DNA of 64,000 bases from Bacteriovoracia bacterium (GCA_050246755.1 JBFWVL010000001.1:608001-672000); one strand, 5' to 3'. Shown: positions 1 to 9,820, counted from the stretch's first letter. The notes: generated by a model not told the origin, from the letters alone. Numbers and translations are program-made.

Positions 1-380
1 GCCGTTATAGCGGCCCCGGCACCTCGCTCATGCACCAAAGCGGAAATCGCCGCGACTGCCGCGAAATCTTCCTCAAGCTCCAGGGCGGAGAAAAAGCACT
101 GCGGATCCTCGAGGGCGGCTATATCTGCGGAGATATCCAGGCCAGCTTCGATCCCTTCACGCTGGAAATCCGCGAGGGAAAAATCTTCCTCGAAGGCCAG
201 AGCGTGGGCACGATTTCCGAAAACGATCTGGACCTTCTCTATAAAAGCGAAGAAGAAAACTTTACCTACCATTGGCACCTGCAGCAGGCCGGCGACGAAA
301 TCAACTACCTGGAAGAATGGGCTTCGGGTGGCGCCCCCAGCCTCACCGTGCAGGGTAAGCTGAAAAAAATATCCCCATGA
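1..380 (+). CDS. Hypothetical protein, 5'-truncated by the window edge
   Basis: The frame is open from the window start (RYSGPGTSL-MHQSG...) to TGA at 378-380, and the stop overlaps the next ATG (ATGA). Confidence 0.65.
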   Translation, partial: RYSGPGTSLMHQSGNRRDCREIFLKLQGGEKALRILEGGYICGDIQASFDPFTLEIREGKIFLEGQSVGTISENDLDLLYKSEEENFTYHWHLQQAGDEINYLEEWASGGAPSLTVQGKLKKISP

Positions 381-565
381 AGTTCGTTCGCCTCCTCATC
401 GCATTTTGCACCTGCGTTCCCGCCCTCGCGATGCCCTACCGCCTTCGCCTAACGTACATGCATACGCTCGCCTACCTAGTGCATGCGCCCTACCGCTTAT
501 TCGGAATCCTGGCCCGCAGCTTTTTGGCCCAGCTCGAAGAAAAAAATCCCTATGAACGCCCCTAG
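377..565 (+). CDS. Small hydrophobic protein (62 aa)
   Basis: ATGA overlap with the upstream gene and a 14-nt overlap with the downstream ATG at 552; hydrophobic N-terminus. Confidence 0.6.
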   Translation: MKFVRLLIAFCTCVPALAMPYRLRLTYMHTLAYLVHAPYRLFGILARSFLAQLEEKNPYERP

Positions 566-1373
566 CGCAAAGTGCGCCGTCCTTTTTTCCGGGGGCACGG
601 ATTCCACCTGCGTGGCGGCGCTCCTGGCGGCTAGCCACTCCGAGATTCACCTCCTCACCTTCTTTGAAGAAGGCACCAAAAATAGCCCCATCCCGAAAAA
701 TAATATCCTGCTCCTCGAAAAAAAATTTCCCGCGGTGAAATTCGTCCACCGCGTGCTCAGCACGGACTCGCTGGTAAAAAAAATTAGCTACGAAGGCTAC
801 TTAAAAAACCTCTGGCGCCATGGTTTCTTCCTGCTCGCCACGCCCGGATTTTCCACGCTGAGCTGGCACTCCACCATGATTGCGTATTGCCGCCGGGAAG
901 GTATCAGCGCGGTGGCCGACGGACTCACCCGCGAGCTGATGCATTTTCCTGGTCACATGGACGCCATCATTGGCTTGTTCAGGAAGTTTTACGCCGGCTT
1001 CGGGATCGAATACAAAAATCCGGTGCGGGAATGGGACATCCCCCCCGACCAGCAATTCCTGGATCGCCTCATCGTGGATCACCACGCTTTCTTCAGCGAC
1101 GCCTCCCTCCCCGAAAAGAAAGACGCCAAAACCACCGGCGCCTATTTGTTTTCCCTCGGGCTCACGCCCGCTCCCGACGTGAAAGGCACCGACTACGACC
1201 GGCGCATGCAGCACGATTGCTATCCCTTCGTGCTCTATAATATTTTTGCGTTCTGGATGTATCTCCCTTTTCGCCCCTACGCCCAATTTGAAAACCGCCT
1301 CGCGTCGCTGTTTCGCGAAAAAATAGCTCGCTGCGAAGCCTGGCTCCAAGACGGAAGTATTTCCTGCGAATGA
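552..1373 (+). CDS. PP-loop (adenine nucleotide alpha-hydrolase / N-type ATP pyrophosphatase) family protein
   Basis: CAVLFSGGTDSTCVAALL matches the SGGxDS PP-loop at the N-terminus. Start taken as ATG 552 within ORF 483..1373. Confidence 0.8.
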   Translation: MNAPSAKCAVLFSGGTDSTCVAALLAASHSEIHLLTFFEEGTKNSPIPKNNILLLEKKFPAVKFVHRVLSTDSLVKKISYEGYLKNLWRHGFFLLATPGFSTLSWHSTMIAYCRREGISAVADGLTRELMHFPGHMDAIIGLFRKFYAGFGIEYKNPVREWDIPPDQQFLDRLIVDHHAFFSDASLPEKKDAKTTGAYLFSLGLTPAPDVKGTDYDRRMQHDCYPFVLYNIFAFWMYLPFRPYAQFENRLASLFREKIARCEAWLQDGSISCE

Positions 1374-2458
1374 AATTTCTTTTGGTAAATATTTTTCTTT
1401 TCCTTTCCCTGGCTGGCGCGGGCGAGCTCGGCTCCCGCCTCTGGACGAAAAATTTCGGCAATCCCGTGGACAAAACCCTCGCGATCCTCCGGCCTGACCC
1501 CTCGCTGGGCTGGCGCGGGCGCCCGCACTTGAAGGAATTTTTTTTTGGCGGCGGCCTGGAAACCGATGGCGAAGGCTTCCGCATCCCGAATGAGTCGTCC
1601 TCCGCCCAAAAACAGCTCTGGACCTTCGGCCCTTCCTCCGCGTTTGGCTGGGGCGTAGAAAACGAAGGTACCTACACCCAGCGCGCCGCCAAAGGCCTCG
1701 GGTGGACGGCACGCAACCTCAGCCAAATCGGGTACTCGTCGGCACAAGGATTAAGCCTCGTGGCGCAATACCCTCCGCCCGAAAACTCCTCGGTGCTATT
1801 TTCCTACGGGATTAACGACCTAGATCGTTTTCGTTTCTTTTTTCCCTCGTTCCAAAGCGACGCGGAATTTTTTGCCCACCCTCTGTCCCCCGGCGAAATA
1901 TTCGTGGCTAATTTAGGCTCGCATTTTCACTTCCTGCGTTACCTCCTCCGCGGCGCGGGAAATATACGGGCAATGGTTCGCTGCCCCCTCCCCCCCACGC
2001 TTCCGCTCCGGGTGCCCATTCCCTCAACCATCGAAAATCTGGAAAAGTTTTCCGCGTCTCTCTCGGCTATCCACGCCACGCTCGTCGTAATCGATACCCC
2101 CTACCTTCCCGCTCGCATTCAGGATGGCCTGGCCAGCTCGGAGAAAATCTACCGCGCGGCCTACGAGGCTTCCGTGGCGGGCGCTTGTGGAAAATCCCAC
2201 GCGCTATTGGAAAAATTTCTGGCCTTAGAACCCACGCGCATCCACCAAGACGTAAATCTTCTCAATGCGGCCCTCGCGCAGTGGGCGGCGCGTAGCGGCA
2301 CCCTGATCGTAAAGGCTTCCCATTTACTTTCCGAACCCGCTGATTTTGTGGATCCAATCCACCCCTCCGCCCTCGGGCACGAAAAAATCGCGGCGGCCAT
2401 TACGCAGCTGCTGCAAAGTAGGAAATCCGCGAAAAATGTGGGAAAGTGGAAACCATGA
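1370..2458 (+). CDS. Exported SGNH/GDSL hydrolase family protein
   Basis: Signal-like N-terminus and the blocks FGPSSAFG, NLSQIGYSS, YGINDL and DPIHP (DxxH). Confidence 0.85.
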   Translation: MKFLLVNIFLFLSLAGAGELGSRLWTKNFGNPVDKTLAILRPDPSLGWRGRPHLKEFFFGGGLETDGEGFRIPNESSSAQKQLWTFGPSSAFGWGVENEGTYTQRAAKGLGWTARNLSQIGYSSAQGLSLVAQYPPPENSSVLFSYGINDLDRFRFFFPSFQSDAEFFAHPLSPGEIFVANLGSHFHFLRYLLRGAGNIRAMVRCPLPPTLPLRVPIPSTIENLEKFSASLSAIHATLVVIDTPYLPARIQDGLASSEKIYRAAYEASVAGACGKSHALLEKFLALEPTRIHQDVNLLNAALAQWAARSGTLIVKASHLLSEPADFVDPIHPSALGHEKIAAAITQLLQSRKSAKNVGKWKP

Positions 2459-2646
2459 GCCCCGAAGAGAAAAAAACGGAAGCCCCGCGAACGATCGGTG
2501 ATTTTTTAAAATTTACTTTTTGGAAAATGATCGAGAAAAAGAAGCTCTATCTTTTTCCCATGTGGATTCTTCTCGCGGCCATTGCCTTACTGCTCGTTCT
2601 CTCCGGAAACTCTCACCTGCTCCCCGCGATCTATATCGCATTCTAA
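2455..2646 (+). CDS. DUF5989-like (SxtK-like) small membrane protein
   Basis: Pattern KKKLYLFP-hydrophobic stretch-PAIYIAF; ATGA overlap with the SGNH gene. Confidence 0.75.
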   Translation: MSPEEKKTEAPRTIGDFLKFTFWKMIEKKKLYLFPMWILLAAIALLLVLSGNSHLLPAIYIAF

Positions 2647-3044
2647 GCCGCTACCCGCTCCCTCGATTCCGCCTCCAAGCAGGCCACAACCTGCGCAAGC
2701 AGTTCCCTGCACACGAACGGCTTGGGCAAAACTCCGTTTAAGCTCGGGTTATCCAGCGCGGCCCGTTGGGCCTCGGAACAGCCGGTCATGAGGATAAAGG
2801 GTAGAGAATATTCTTTCCGCAACCAGCGTAGAAAGTCGAATCCGCTCATGTCGGGCATATTGGCGTCGCAAAGCACCATATCTATTTCGCCGGATCGCAC
2901 CAGCGCCTGGGCATGCGTAGCGTTCTCCGCGAGTACCGGCGCGTACTGATTGCGCAACAGAATGAGCTCAATTACCGCCCTTAATTCCGGCTCGTCGTCG
3001 ATCACCAGGATTCTCTTTTTCGCGCCGGCCACTGAGTGCTTCAT
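2643..3044 (-). CDS. Single-domain response regulator (receiver)
   Basis: ILVIDDE, LCDANMPDMSG, LMTG and KPF receiver motifs. Confidence 0.9.
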   Translation of the reverse strand: MKHSVAGAKKRILVIDDEPELRAVIELILLRNQYAPVLAENATHAQALVRSGEIDMVLCDANMPDMSGFDFLRWLRKEYSLPFILMTGCSEAQRAALDNPSLNGVLPKPFVCRELLAQVVACLEAESRERVAA

Positions 3045-3173
3045 ACTACTAAGTATCGCCTGTACTTAGCGGATTGGTTTGAAGCCCATATTATGGATTG
3101 TATATAATTCTCGGCTTAGCCAGCGAAAATGGGCTGTTGCCGTGGAGAGACGGCTTGGATACCGGTGGCCTGG

Positions 3174-3677
3174 CTAAAATCCTAAATTTAGGGATGCCTT
3201 GGGGGTTAACCCCGTGGCGGGCAAAGCTTCCACACCCAAGCGCATGTCACTATTTTCGCTCGTCTTCAATTTAATGCCGGCCTCGGAGTCCCAGTGCTTG
3301 CGAACATCGAAGGTCACGCATTTATTCCGAAGCCCTTCCACGTACACCGAGGCAACGGTCGTCACTTTTGCTTCTGCCAACACAAGGGCGTCTTCCTCTT
3401 GGTAAGGCATATTTTTCATGCAGCGAAACGTACGATCTTTGCTTTCGGGTTCCGCGGGCTTGTCGGCCGCCTCTTTGGATTGCAAGCGCAGGTAAAAGCT
3501 CTCTGTCCCGTACTCGATCTTTTTGTATTTTGTAGTACCAATCACCAAAACAGATTCCGTAACCTGAACCTTAGACGGAGCCTTGGCTTCGATCTTTGGG
3601 GGAGCGAGATTTTTCAAGGGAATATCTTTCGCCATCAAGCTGGGAGAGAGGAATAAAGCGAAAAGAGGAAGGAACAT
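3174..3677 (-). CDS. Secreted hypothetical protein
   Basis: Signal-like MFLPLFALFLSPSLMA from ATG 3677; two Cys. Confidence 0.7.
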   Translation of the reverse strand: MFLPLFALFLSPSLMAKDIPLKNLAPPKIEAKAPSKVQVTESVLVIGTTKYKKIEYGTESFYLRLQSKEAADKPAEPESKDRTFRCMKNMPYQEEDALVLAEAKVTTVASVYVEGLRNKCVTFDVRKHWDSEAGIKLKTSENSDMRLGVEALPATGLTPKASLNLGF

Positions 3678-3745
3678 TCCCTGGTTATAGCAGAAAATGC
3701 CCTGTGCGCTTACCCGCAATAAAAAATTAGGACGCAGGGCATTCG

Positions 3746-6700
3746 CTATTGGCGCTCAAGGTACTTGATGTGCATGTGACGAATGCGCATGAAGAGAGAG
3801 GTATCGGGATCGGCGAGAAAGCTCACGGACCCCTGAAGAACGCCCGTGAAGCCGATGTATTCTGGAGCAGGCTGTGTGTCCACCAGTGCGGTGGCAAAGT
3901 AACCAGCCATACCGCCGGCGAGGCCATAAGCCGATCCCTGCGCCGCGTGCTCCTTCTCAAACTGCGCCAGCTGCTGACGGAGCTTCTCGCGGAGACTCAT
4001 TTTAGCAATGGCGCCTTTAGAGGCCGTAGGCTTCGCGGTCGCAAGAGTGGCAGGCCCATTGGCTTTGCCTAGCGTGCCTGCCTTCGAAGCACCACTACTA
4101 GATAATAATTGTTTTTCAGAAACGGAACCAGCGCCCGTTTCGCCCGCTTTCATCGAGGCCAATTTCATCCCACCAGTATCGGCGGCGGAATTTCCCGGAG
4201 CGCCGGAAATGTCCGATTCTGGCTTGGAAGCGATACCTTCCTTTCCCGCTACGTTAAGCTCGGGCGCCGTACCCCCAAAACCGAAACTTCCGCCGCCCCC
4301 TTTGGCGGCCGGCCCACCAGATATGCCGCTTGGAATGCTTCCTGGCGCACTGCCATTACCCGCAGGGCCTTCATTACCACTGAGTACGCTGGAGGGCGCC
4401 CGGGAGGGCGTAAGGCTCGAGACAGGCGAAGAAGTTGGCGGCCCCGGGAAGCTGGGCGGAATGCTCGCCAGGGCAGAAGAATCCGGGCGTACTATGCTTC
4501 CGGCAAGGGGGTCGCTCTTGATCGCCGGAGATGCCGCGACAAATTCACTCAATGGACTAGGTAAAGCTGCCGCCACCACGTCCCGGACACGAATAATACT
4601 ACTTGGAATCACTTCGTTGACCACTTTACCGACTCCCTTTATGGCCGCATTTATGCCATTGGAAGTGGTGCCAATGGCTCGCTGTATGAGAGACGGGGGC
4701 GCCTTTATTGGAGTACGCGTAATTGCTGCCTGGGCCCGTACGTTCGAGCTTCCGGCCGCCTCTAGCCGAGCTACGCTCGATTTACCTTCCTGTTTTAATC
4801 CTCGGCTATATTCTTTTTTTGCAAATTTCGCCGAGGCCGTTTCGGCTCTCTTCATGGCACTTTCAAAAATGCTCTCAGGGTTTGCCTTCACCAGAGATTT
4901 GCTAATCTTTTCCGAAATCGCGTTCGCTTCGCCTACGTCGCGAGCGATCGCCCCTCTCATTGATTCAATTTTCGCCATTACCTCGGTTCGTAAACCCTCC
5001 CTAGCGCCTAAACCGGTATCTGCCAGCATGGAAAGATCTTTTTCCGACCGAGAAACCACGATGGAAGCTTCGCCTATCTTGTTATTGTAGGCGTCCTTTG
5101 CGTCGAAGACCGCTTGTAGCTCCCCGTTCTCTCCCCTTCTCAGAGCGTAGGCTAATTCGCGTTCTTCCATTAGCCTATCTTGTATCGCGGCTAAGTGGGA
5201 TTCGGCCGCTGCGCTATGATCGCGATACTGCTTGAGCGCATCGAAATCTTTGGTGAGATTACCGTGCGGGCCGACGGAGTCGGGGCTAATACCATAAAAT
5301 TCTAATTTAGATTTTAATGCACTGGGAACCGGCGCGCCCGTTTTGCGCAATACCGCGAAATCGCGGGCCGCGGACAGGCCATCTTTGGCATTCATGCGGT
5401 AGGTTGGCAATTCCTGTAAGCTACTAAAATTTCGGTAGCCTTCCGGGCCAACTGGTAAAGCAGATGCTTCGGATTTAAAGTATCCGTCGTACGGCGAGCT
5501 TTTCCCCTTTTCAGCATTACTAACGGAACGGCCGTGAATTGCCTCGTGTAAAATAACCGGGTCGGCGCCGCGTTTAGAAAAATCGACGGACGCGCTTCGT
5601 ACGCTTACCACTTTATCAAAAGTATCTTCGAATCCGTGAGTGCCATAAACGATATTACGAACCGGATCAAAATCCACGGAATAACCCGGGGTTTGCTTTA
5701 AAAAAGTATCGTGCTGGGCAAATCCCGAAGGACGAGAGCTCCTGCTCGGCTGGGCTTTCATGGAGTACACATACCGCTCGGGCACGGAAGCTTTGCCGTA
5801 GGCATTGATGGCGTCTAGTTTAATAACCTCGCCGCCTTCCCTGCCCGTGATCTTTGCGATTTTTTCTATTTCCTTGGCGTGCTGGCGAGAATAATTTAGA
5901 ACGTCCCTCTTCACCTCTTTTGAGAGCGGAACATTGGAATTTACCGCCTCTTTCATTATTGCTTCGAGCTTAACCTCTTTGGAGGAGATGCTTTCTCTAA
6001 GGCTTTCTATCTGCGTTCTTTCGGCAGGAGAAAATTTAGCCAGGGCTGGCTCTTCACTGTACCCTTTCAGCACTTTCTGTTTTTGTGCTTCCAATTCAGC
6101 AGGATTCTCCCAGTAGGGCTCCGCTTTAATCGGAAGCTCGTCGTGATTGCGAAGCATGGCGCTTTCCACAGAATCTTCACCCGAGGTTTTTAGAGAAGCG
6201 ACGGGCTCGGAGACATGGGGAGGTTGATGGCCATTTTGCGCGGGAATTTCTTCATGCCTGCGTACGGCGAGCGACTCCGCGGAATCGTCCGCTGAGCTTT
6301 TGAAGGCATTGATTTCTGGGCTAGTGGCTCGCTCCGCAGAAATGGTCGATTTTTCCGCTAGTGACTCCGACACGCGGGGAGCAGAAACTTCCGGGATATA
6401 GTGGGCGGATGACTCGGGAAAAACCCGGGATACCGAAACTACCTCATCCGCATACCGCGCGGATAGCTTCTCCATCGAATTCGACAAACTCTCCTTCGCG
6501 AAGCCTCTCATTCCAATTTTTTCCAAAGCGCCTCCGGTGAAAGTTCCCGCCACTCCACCGGTTAAACCCGTGGCCATCAGGTTCACGGCCACCATTTTTG
6601 TATCTTTGCTCGCCTTAGCGGCGGTGTCATTTTTGGCTGTTTCAGCTATCGCGCTCTCTGGAAGCAAGCCACTCTGAATCGCAGTTCTATCGGCGGCCTT

Positions 6701-8680
6701 GTACGATTCGCCCGCTCTGACCATTGCTCCTCCGGGAGCCCACTCAAGCGTATCCAATACTTCGTTTCTCTCTTCCACTCCCCTAAACGCCGCGCCCAAC
6801 TCATCTTTGGTCTTCTGATCCGTAGTGGTGCCATTCAAAATTCCGGCGGCCACGCTATTGTCGGTAATAAGCCTCTGGCTTTCTACCCGGATAGCCTGTT
6901 CTCCTCCGGCGATTGGGTTAATCCCTCGTTCGGTGGTTTTTTGGTCCATGATGGTTTCATGCTCGCGTAAAGCCGCCATCCCTTCCGCCCGCCCTTGCTG
7001 CTCGACCGCGTCTTTCTCTAACCTCTCGATGTGGAGGTCTCTTCGCTTCGCGATTAAATCCGCTGCTTCAGAGCTATTTGCTTGGGCGAGCGCTTCATCG
7101 CTGCCGTCTTTCAATGAGTAACGCTCGCCGCGAAGAGCAGAGGCAATTGAAGCGTTGCGCTTATGTTCAAAATCTTCCGTGGATATTGTTCTTTTTTCGC
7201 CAAAATCCATCACGGCTTTACAAACGGCAGCGTTATCACAGGCCGCCTCTACGCTGGCGTTGCGTTCTTTGAGGGCCTCACTAAATATTTTTTCCTTTTC
7301 GGTCAGCGGACCGCTCTCATCCAGCTTCTTTAAGGTGCCGGTAGTTACGTCCTGGGCAAGCCCTTTTGAAAGCTCTTCAAGATTCTTCGATTTATCCTTT
7401 AAGTCTTGGGTAACCTCTTGAACTCTTTTTGCTACGCCCTCCGTACCGCCTAATTTTTCTTCATCTTCTTTCAGTTTAGCTACGGAGATTTGAGAAAGCT
7501 TATCGTTCACGTCGATAACTTGCTTTTCGGTATGTGCATCCGAATTGATATCTAACTCGCCCACTTTATCCGCGTGTAAAGCCCCCTCCTTTGCTAACTT
7601 ACTTTCCACCGTATCGGATTGGTATACATCATCAAAGATGTCTTCGGTAAGCTTGGCGGCACCGGAGCTTTTTTTCACCTGTGAAAGATCATCTCGCTTT
7701 TCTTCCTCAGAAATAGGTGGCGGCGCTTTGGCCTCGGAAACGGCGGCCGCCTTCAACTCGGAAAGCGCTTTATCTTCCCGCTTCGCAATATTCTCCGGCA
7801 CCGGATCCGAATGCGTGAGGCCGGTGAGTTTTTCCCATAGAGACTTTTTATCGGCTTCTACTTTCGGCGCCTTCTCACTAACAATCTTGGCGACTTCTTG
7901 ATTAGCTTCCTCGCTGCCGCTATCGAGCTTAATCGCCGCAAGTTTGGATTTTTTGGACTCCATGTCGGCTTTCTTCGCAAGATTTTCTTTCTCCGCCTGC
8001 CGCATCAGCTTTTCCATCGCCCGGCCCGAAGTGATTGCCTTGCCCTGCTCTTCTATAGCGCGGGGGTAGAGCTCGTCTTTTAGAACTTTATCGATGGGCT
8101 CCTTCTCTTTTTCGATTTTAGCAATCTGCCCCTGAGCCTCCTCGGCTCTCTTCTTGATTTGAGGATCGGAGTCGCTTTCCGAGCGCCTCACCAGATTTTT
8201 CATCCGCTGGAGGTATACCCGGCGCTCACGCTCGGCCTCGGTAACTTCGGAGAGGCGCTTCTTCATCGTGCCGATCGCTTTTTCGTTCTTCGCGTATTTT
8301 TCTTTCAGCGTGTCGGCGGATTTTTTTGCCACGCCGGCAGCCTTTTCATATTCTTTCGCGGCCGAATCGCAGACTTCCATCACCGACGCAATCATGGATT
8401 TAGTGTCGTTGCCGCTCTTTACGGCTTTCGAAGCCACTTCCGCTTCCTTCTCGCCGGCCTTCTTCATCAGCTTGGAATACTCTTCGTGCGCTACCTTAAT
8501 TCCCTCGCCGAGCTCCTTACAGGGCTGTTTCGAATCGGTGATTTTGTCGGTCCATTGCGAAGCGGGCACTTCGTGACGTGTGCAGGAAATCTTTACGCGT
8601 CCGATTTTAACGTCGGATTCCGCGGCGTGCGCCGGCAGCCAGAACAAGGCTGCGAAAATTATGAGTGCCGAATGAAACAT
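3746..8680 (-). CDS. Large secreted protein (1644 aa): coiled coil, Gly-rich hydrophobic segment, HExxH motif, S/G/P low-complexity tail
   Basis: Signal peptide ending AHA; K/E/A-rich helical N-half; ILHEAIHG with HEAIH at 5534-5548; low-complexity region near the C-terminus. Confidence 0.85.
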   Translation of the reverse strand: MFHSALIIFAALFWLPAHAAESDVKIGRVKISCTRHEVPASQWTDKITDSKQPCKELGEGIKVAHEEYSKLMKKAGEKEAEVASKAVKSGNDTKSMIASVMEVCDSAAKEYEKAAGVAKKSADTLKEKYAKNEKAIGTMKKRLSEVTEAERERRVYLQRMKNLVRRSESDSDPQIKKRAEEAQGQIAKIEKEKEPIDKVLKDELYPRAIEEQGKAITSGRAMEKLMRQAEKENLAKKADMESKKSKLAAIKLDSGSEEANQEVAKIVSEKAPKVEADKKSLWEKLTGLTHSDPVPENIAKREDKALSELKAAAVSEAKAPPPISEEEKRDDLSQVKKSSGAAKLTEDIFDDVYQSDTVESKLAKEGALHADKVGELDINSDAHTEKQVIDVNDKLSQISVAKLKEDEEKLGGTEGVAKRVQEVTQDLKDKSKNLEELSKGLAQDVTTGTLKKLDESGPLTEKEKIFSEALKERNASVEAACDNAAVCKAVMDFGEKRTISTEDFEHKRNASIASALRGERYSLKDGSDEALAQANSSEAADLIAKRRDLHIERLEKDAVEQQGRAEGMAALREHETIMDQKTTERGINPIAGGEQAIRVESQRLITDNSVAAGILNGTTTDQKTKDELGAAFRGVEERNEVLDTLEWAPGGAMVRAGESYKAADRTAIQSGLLPESAIAETAKNDTAAKASKDTKMVAVNLMATGLTGGVAGTFTGGALEKIGMRGFAKESLSNSMEKLSARYADEVVSVSRVFPESSAHYIPEVSAPRVSESLAEKSTISAERATSPEINAFKSSADDSAESLAVRRHEEIPAQNGHQPPHVSEPVASLKTSGEDSVESAMLRNHDELPIKAEPYWENPAELEAQKQKVLKGYSEEPALAKFSPAERTQIESLRESISSKEVKLEAIMKEAVNSNVPLSKEVKRDVLNYSRQHAKEIEKIAKITGREGGEVIKLDAINAYGKASVPERYVYSMKAQPSRSSRPSGFAQHDTFLKQTPGYSVDFDPVRNIVYGTHGFEDTFDKVVSVRSASVDFSKRGADPVILHEAIHGRSVSNAEKGKSSPYDGYFKSEASALPVGPEGYRNFSSLQELPTYRMNAKDGLSAARDFAVLRKTGAPVPSALKSKLEFYGISPDSVGPHGNLTKDFDALKQYRDHSAAAESHLAAIQDRLMEERELAYALRRGENGELQAVFDAKDAYNNKIGEASIVVSRSEKDLSMLADTGLGAREGLRTEVMAKIESMRGAIARDVGEANAISEKISKSLVKANPESIFESAMKRAETASAKFAKKEYSRGLKQEGKSSVARLEAAGSSNVRAQAAITRTPIKAPPSLIQRAIGTTSNGINAAIKGVGKVVNEVIPSSIIRVRDVVAAALPSPLSEFVAASPAIKSDPLAGSIVRPDSSALASIPPSFPGPPTSSPVSSLTPSRAPSSVLSGNEGPAGNGSAPGSIPSGISGGPAAKGGGGSFGFGGTAPELNVAGKEGIASKPESDISGAPGNSAADTGGMKLASMKAGETGAGSVSEKQLLSSSGASKAGTLGKANGPATLATAKPTASKGAIAKMSLREKLRQQLAQFEKEHAAQGSAYGLAGGMAGYFATALVDTQPAPEYIGFTGVLQGSVSFLADPDTSLFMRIRHMHIKYLERQ

Positions 8681-8939
8681 GTAACCTTAGCAAATTTACT
8701 AAATTTAGATGCAGATAGCTATATTTCGGCATTCCGAGAAATCCCCCTTACCGCTAAGTTTACTTTTAAAGATTTTCCGGAGATCGACGGTAATTTGAGC
8801 CTTTAAACTACTTTAAGTAGGTCTATCGACGAGGAATGGGAATGGCGCTCCTGTTTCCGCGCGGATACGGGAGATCGTTACCAGGTAAAGCGGCCAAGGA
8901 TCGACGACAAAAGCCGGGCCTGCTCAAAGATATCGTCGA

Positions 8940-9725
8940 TCATTGCTTCTGCACGCAGCGAATGAGCCCCTTCACGCTGCGATAGTGATCGTGAATCTTT
9001 CCGTGCACGTCAAAAACGTAGAAGCTGTGAAGATTCGGGTCCTCTTCGAGATGGTGGCCCACTGCCTCCGACGAAGACCAATAGAACAAGAAGCCCTCTG
9101 GATCGACGCCGCTATCCACGACAGTAATTTTTGATTCCTCGCTATGCATGCCCACTAAATTAAATTTTCCGATCTGAAAATGTAGCGGCTCCCGGTAGCC
9201 GGAAGAATCGTAATAGAATTCGTCCACTCCGCCACCGGGCACTAAGGCTTTTACTTGTTCGTAGGCATCCGCATCCCGGCCCACCAGCTCGTGCGGTTCG
9301 ACGATGCCTTTCGCTCCCCGCGTCTGCCCAAGAAGGGCGAGCTCCCGGATGGTCGGCAGCTGCATTCCTCGTTTAGCGCAGGCTTTAATCGCTTCGTCCT
9401 TACCCAAGAAGGGATAGTTGCCTTGTGAGTCTCGAAGCACCACGTCTTGGAGGGGTGGCGCCTTCGGTGCAATCTGGGCGGGACCGGCTGTCAGCGCGGG
9501 TGGTGTAACGTTCGGTACGGGAACGAAAGTATCCCGCCCAGATTTTTGGCTAGCGGCGATCGGGGCCGGGATGGATTTTTCTGCTGGCTCTAAAGTTCCG
9601 GGCTCTTTCAAAGAATTCTCTATAATAACCGGCGCGGGCATCTCTTGCGGCGCACCGCGAGGCAGAAAGAAAAGAAGTAAGATTCCTACCAATACCAAGG
9701 CGCCAATCCAGCCGAATATTTTCAC
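8940..9725 (-). CDS. Membrane-anchored protein with Pro-rich stalk and DUF1566/Lcl-like C-terminal domain
   Basis: GAGGAG RBS before GTG 9725; N-terminal TM; motifs AIKAC..GMQLPTIREL, YWSSS and IRCV. Confidence 0.7.
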   Translation of the reverse strand: MKIFGWIGALVLVGILLLFFLPRGAPQEMPAPVIIENSLKEPGTLEPAEKSIPAPIAASQKSGRDTFVPVPNVTPPALTAGPAQIAPKAPPLQDVVLRDSQGNYPFLGKDEAIKACAKRGMQLPTIRELALLGQTRGAKGIVEPHELVGRDADAYEQVKALVPGGGVDEFYYDSSGYREPLHFQIGKFNLVGMHSEESKITVVDSGVDPEGFLFYWSSSEAVGHHLEEDPNLHSFYVFDVHGKIHDHYRSVKGLIRCVQKQ

Positions 9726-9820
9726 GCTTTTCTCCTCTATTTCCGCTGAGGCAGAAATGCCGCCCGCCGCCAGGAACAAAACCTATTTTCGCTGATGCAC
9801 CGGTATGTTACCAAAGTTAA

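Noticed and set aside
552-1373. Calling the PP-loop gene queC
   Set aside because: It lacks the C-terminal Cys-rich Zn motif of QueC and has no que gene neighbours.
3049-3069. Inverted repeat ctaagta-N7-tacttag upstream of the receiver gene
   Set aside because: Single short occurrence with no second site noticed; could be chance.
4008-5090. 360-aa plus-strand ORF
   Set aside because: Antisense shadow of the low-complexity tail of the 1644-aa gene, with no motifs.
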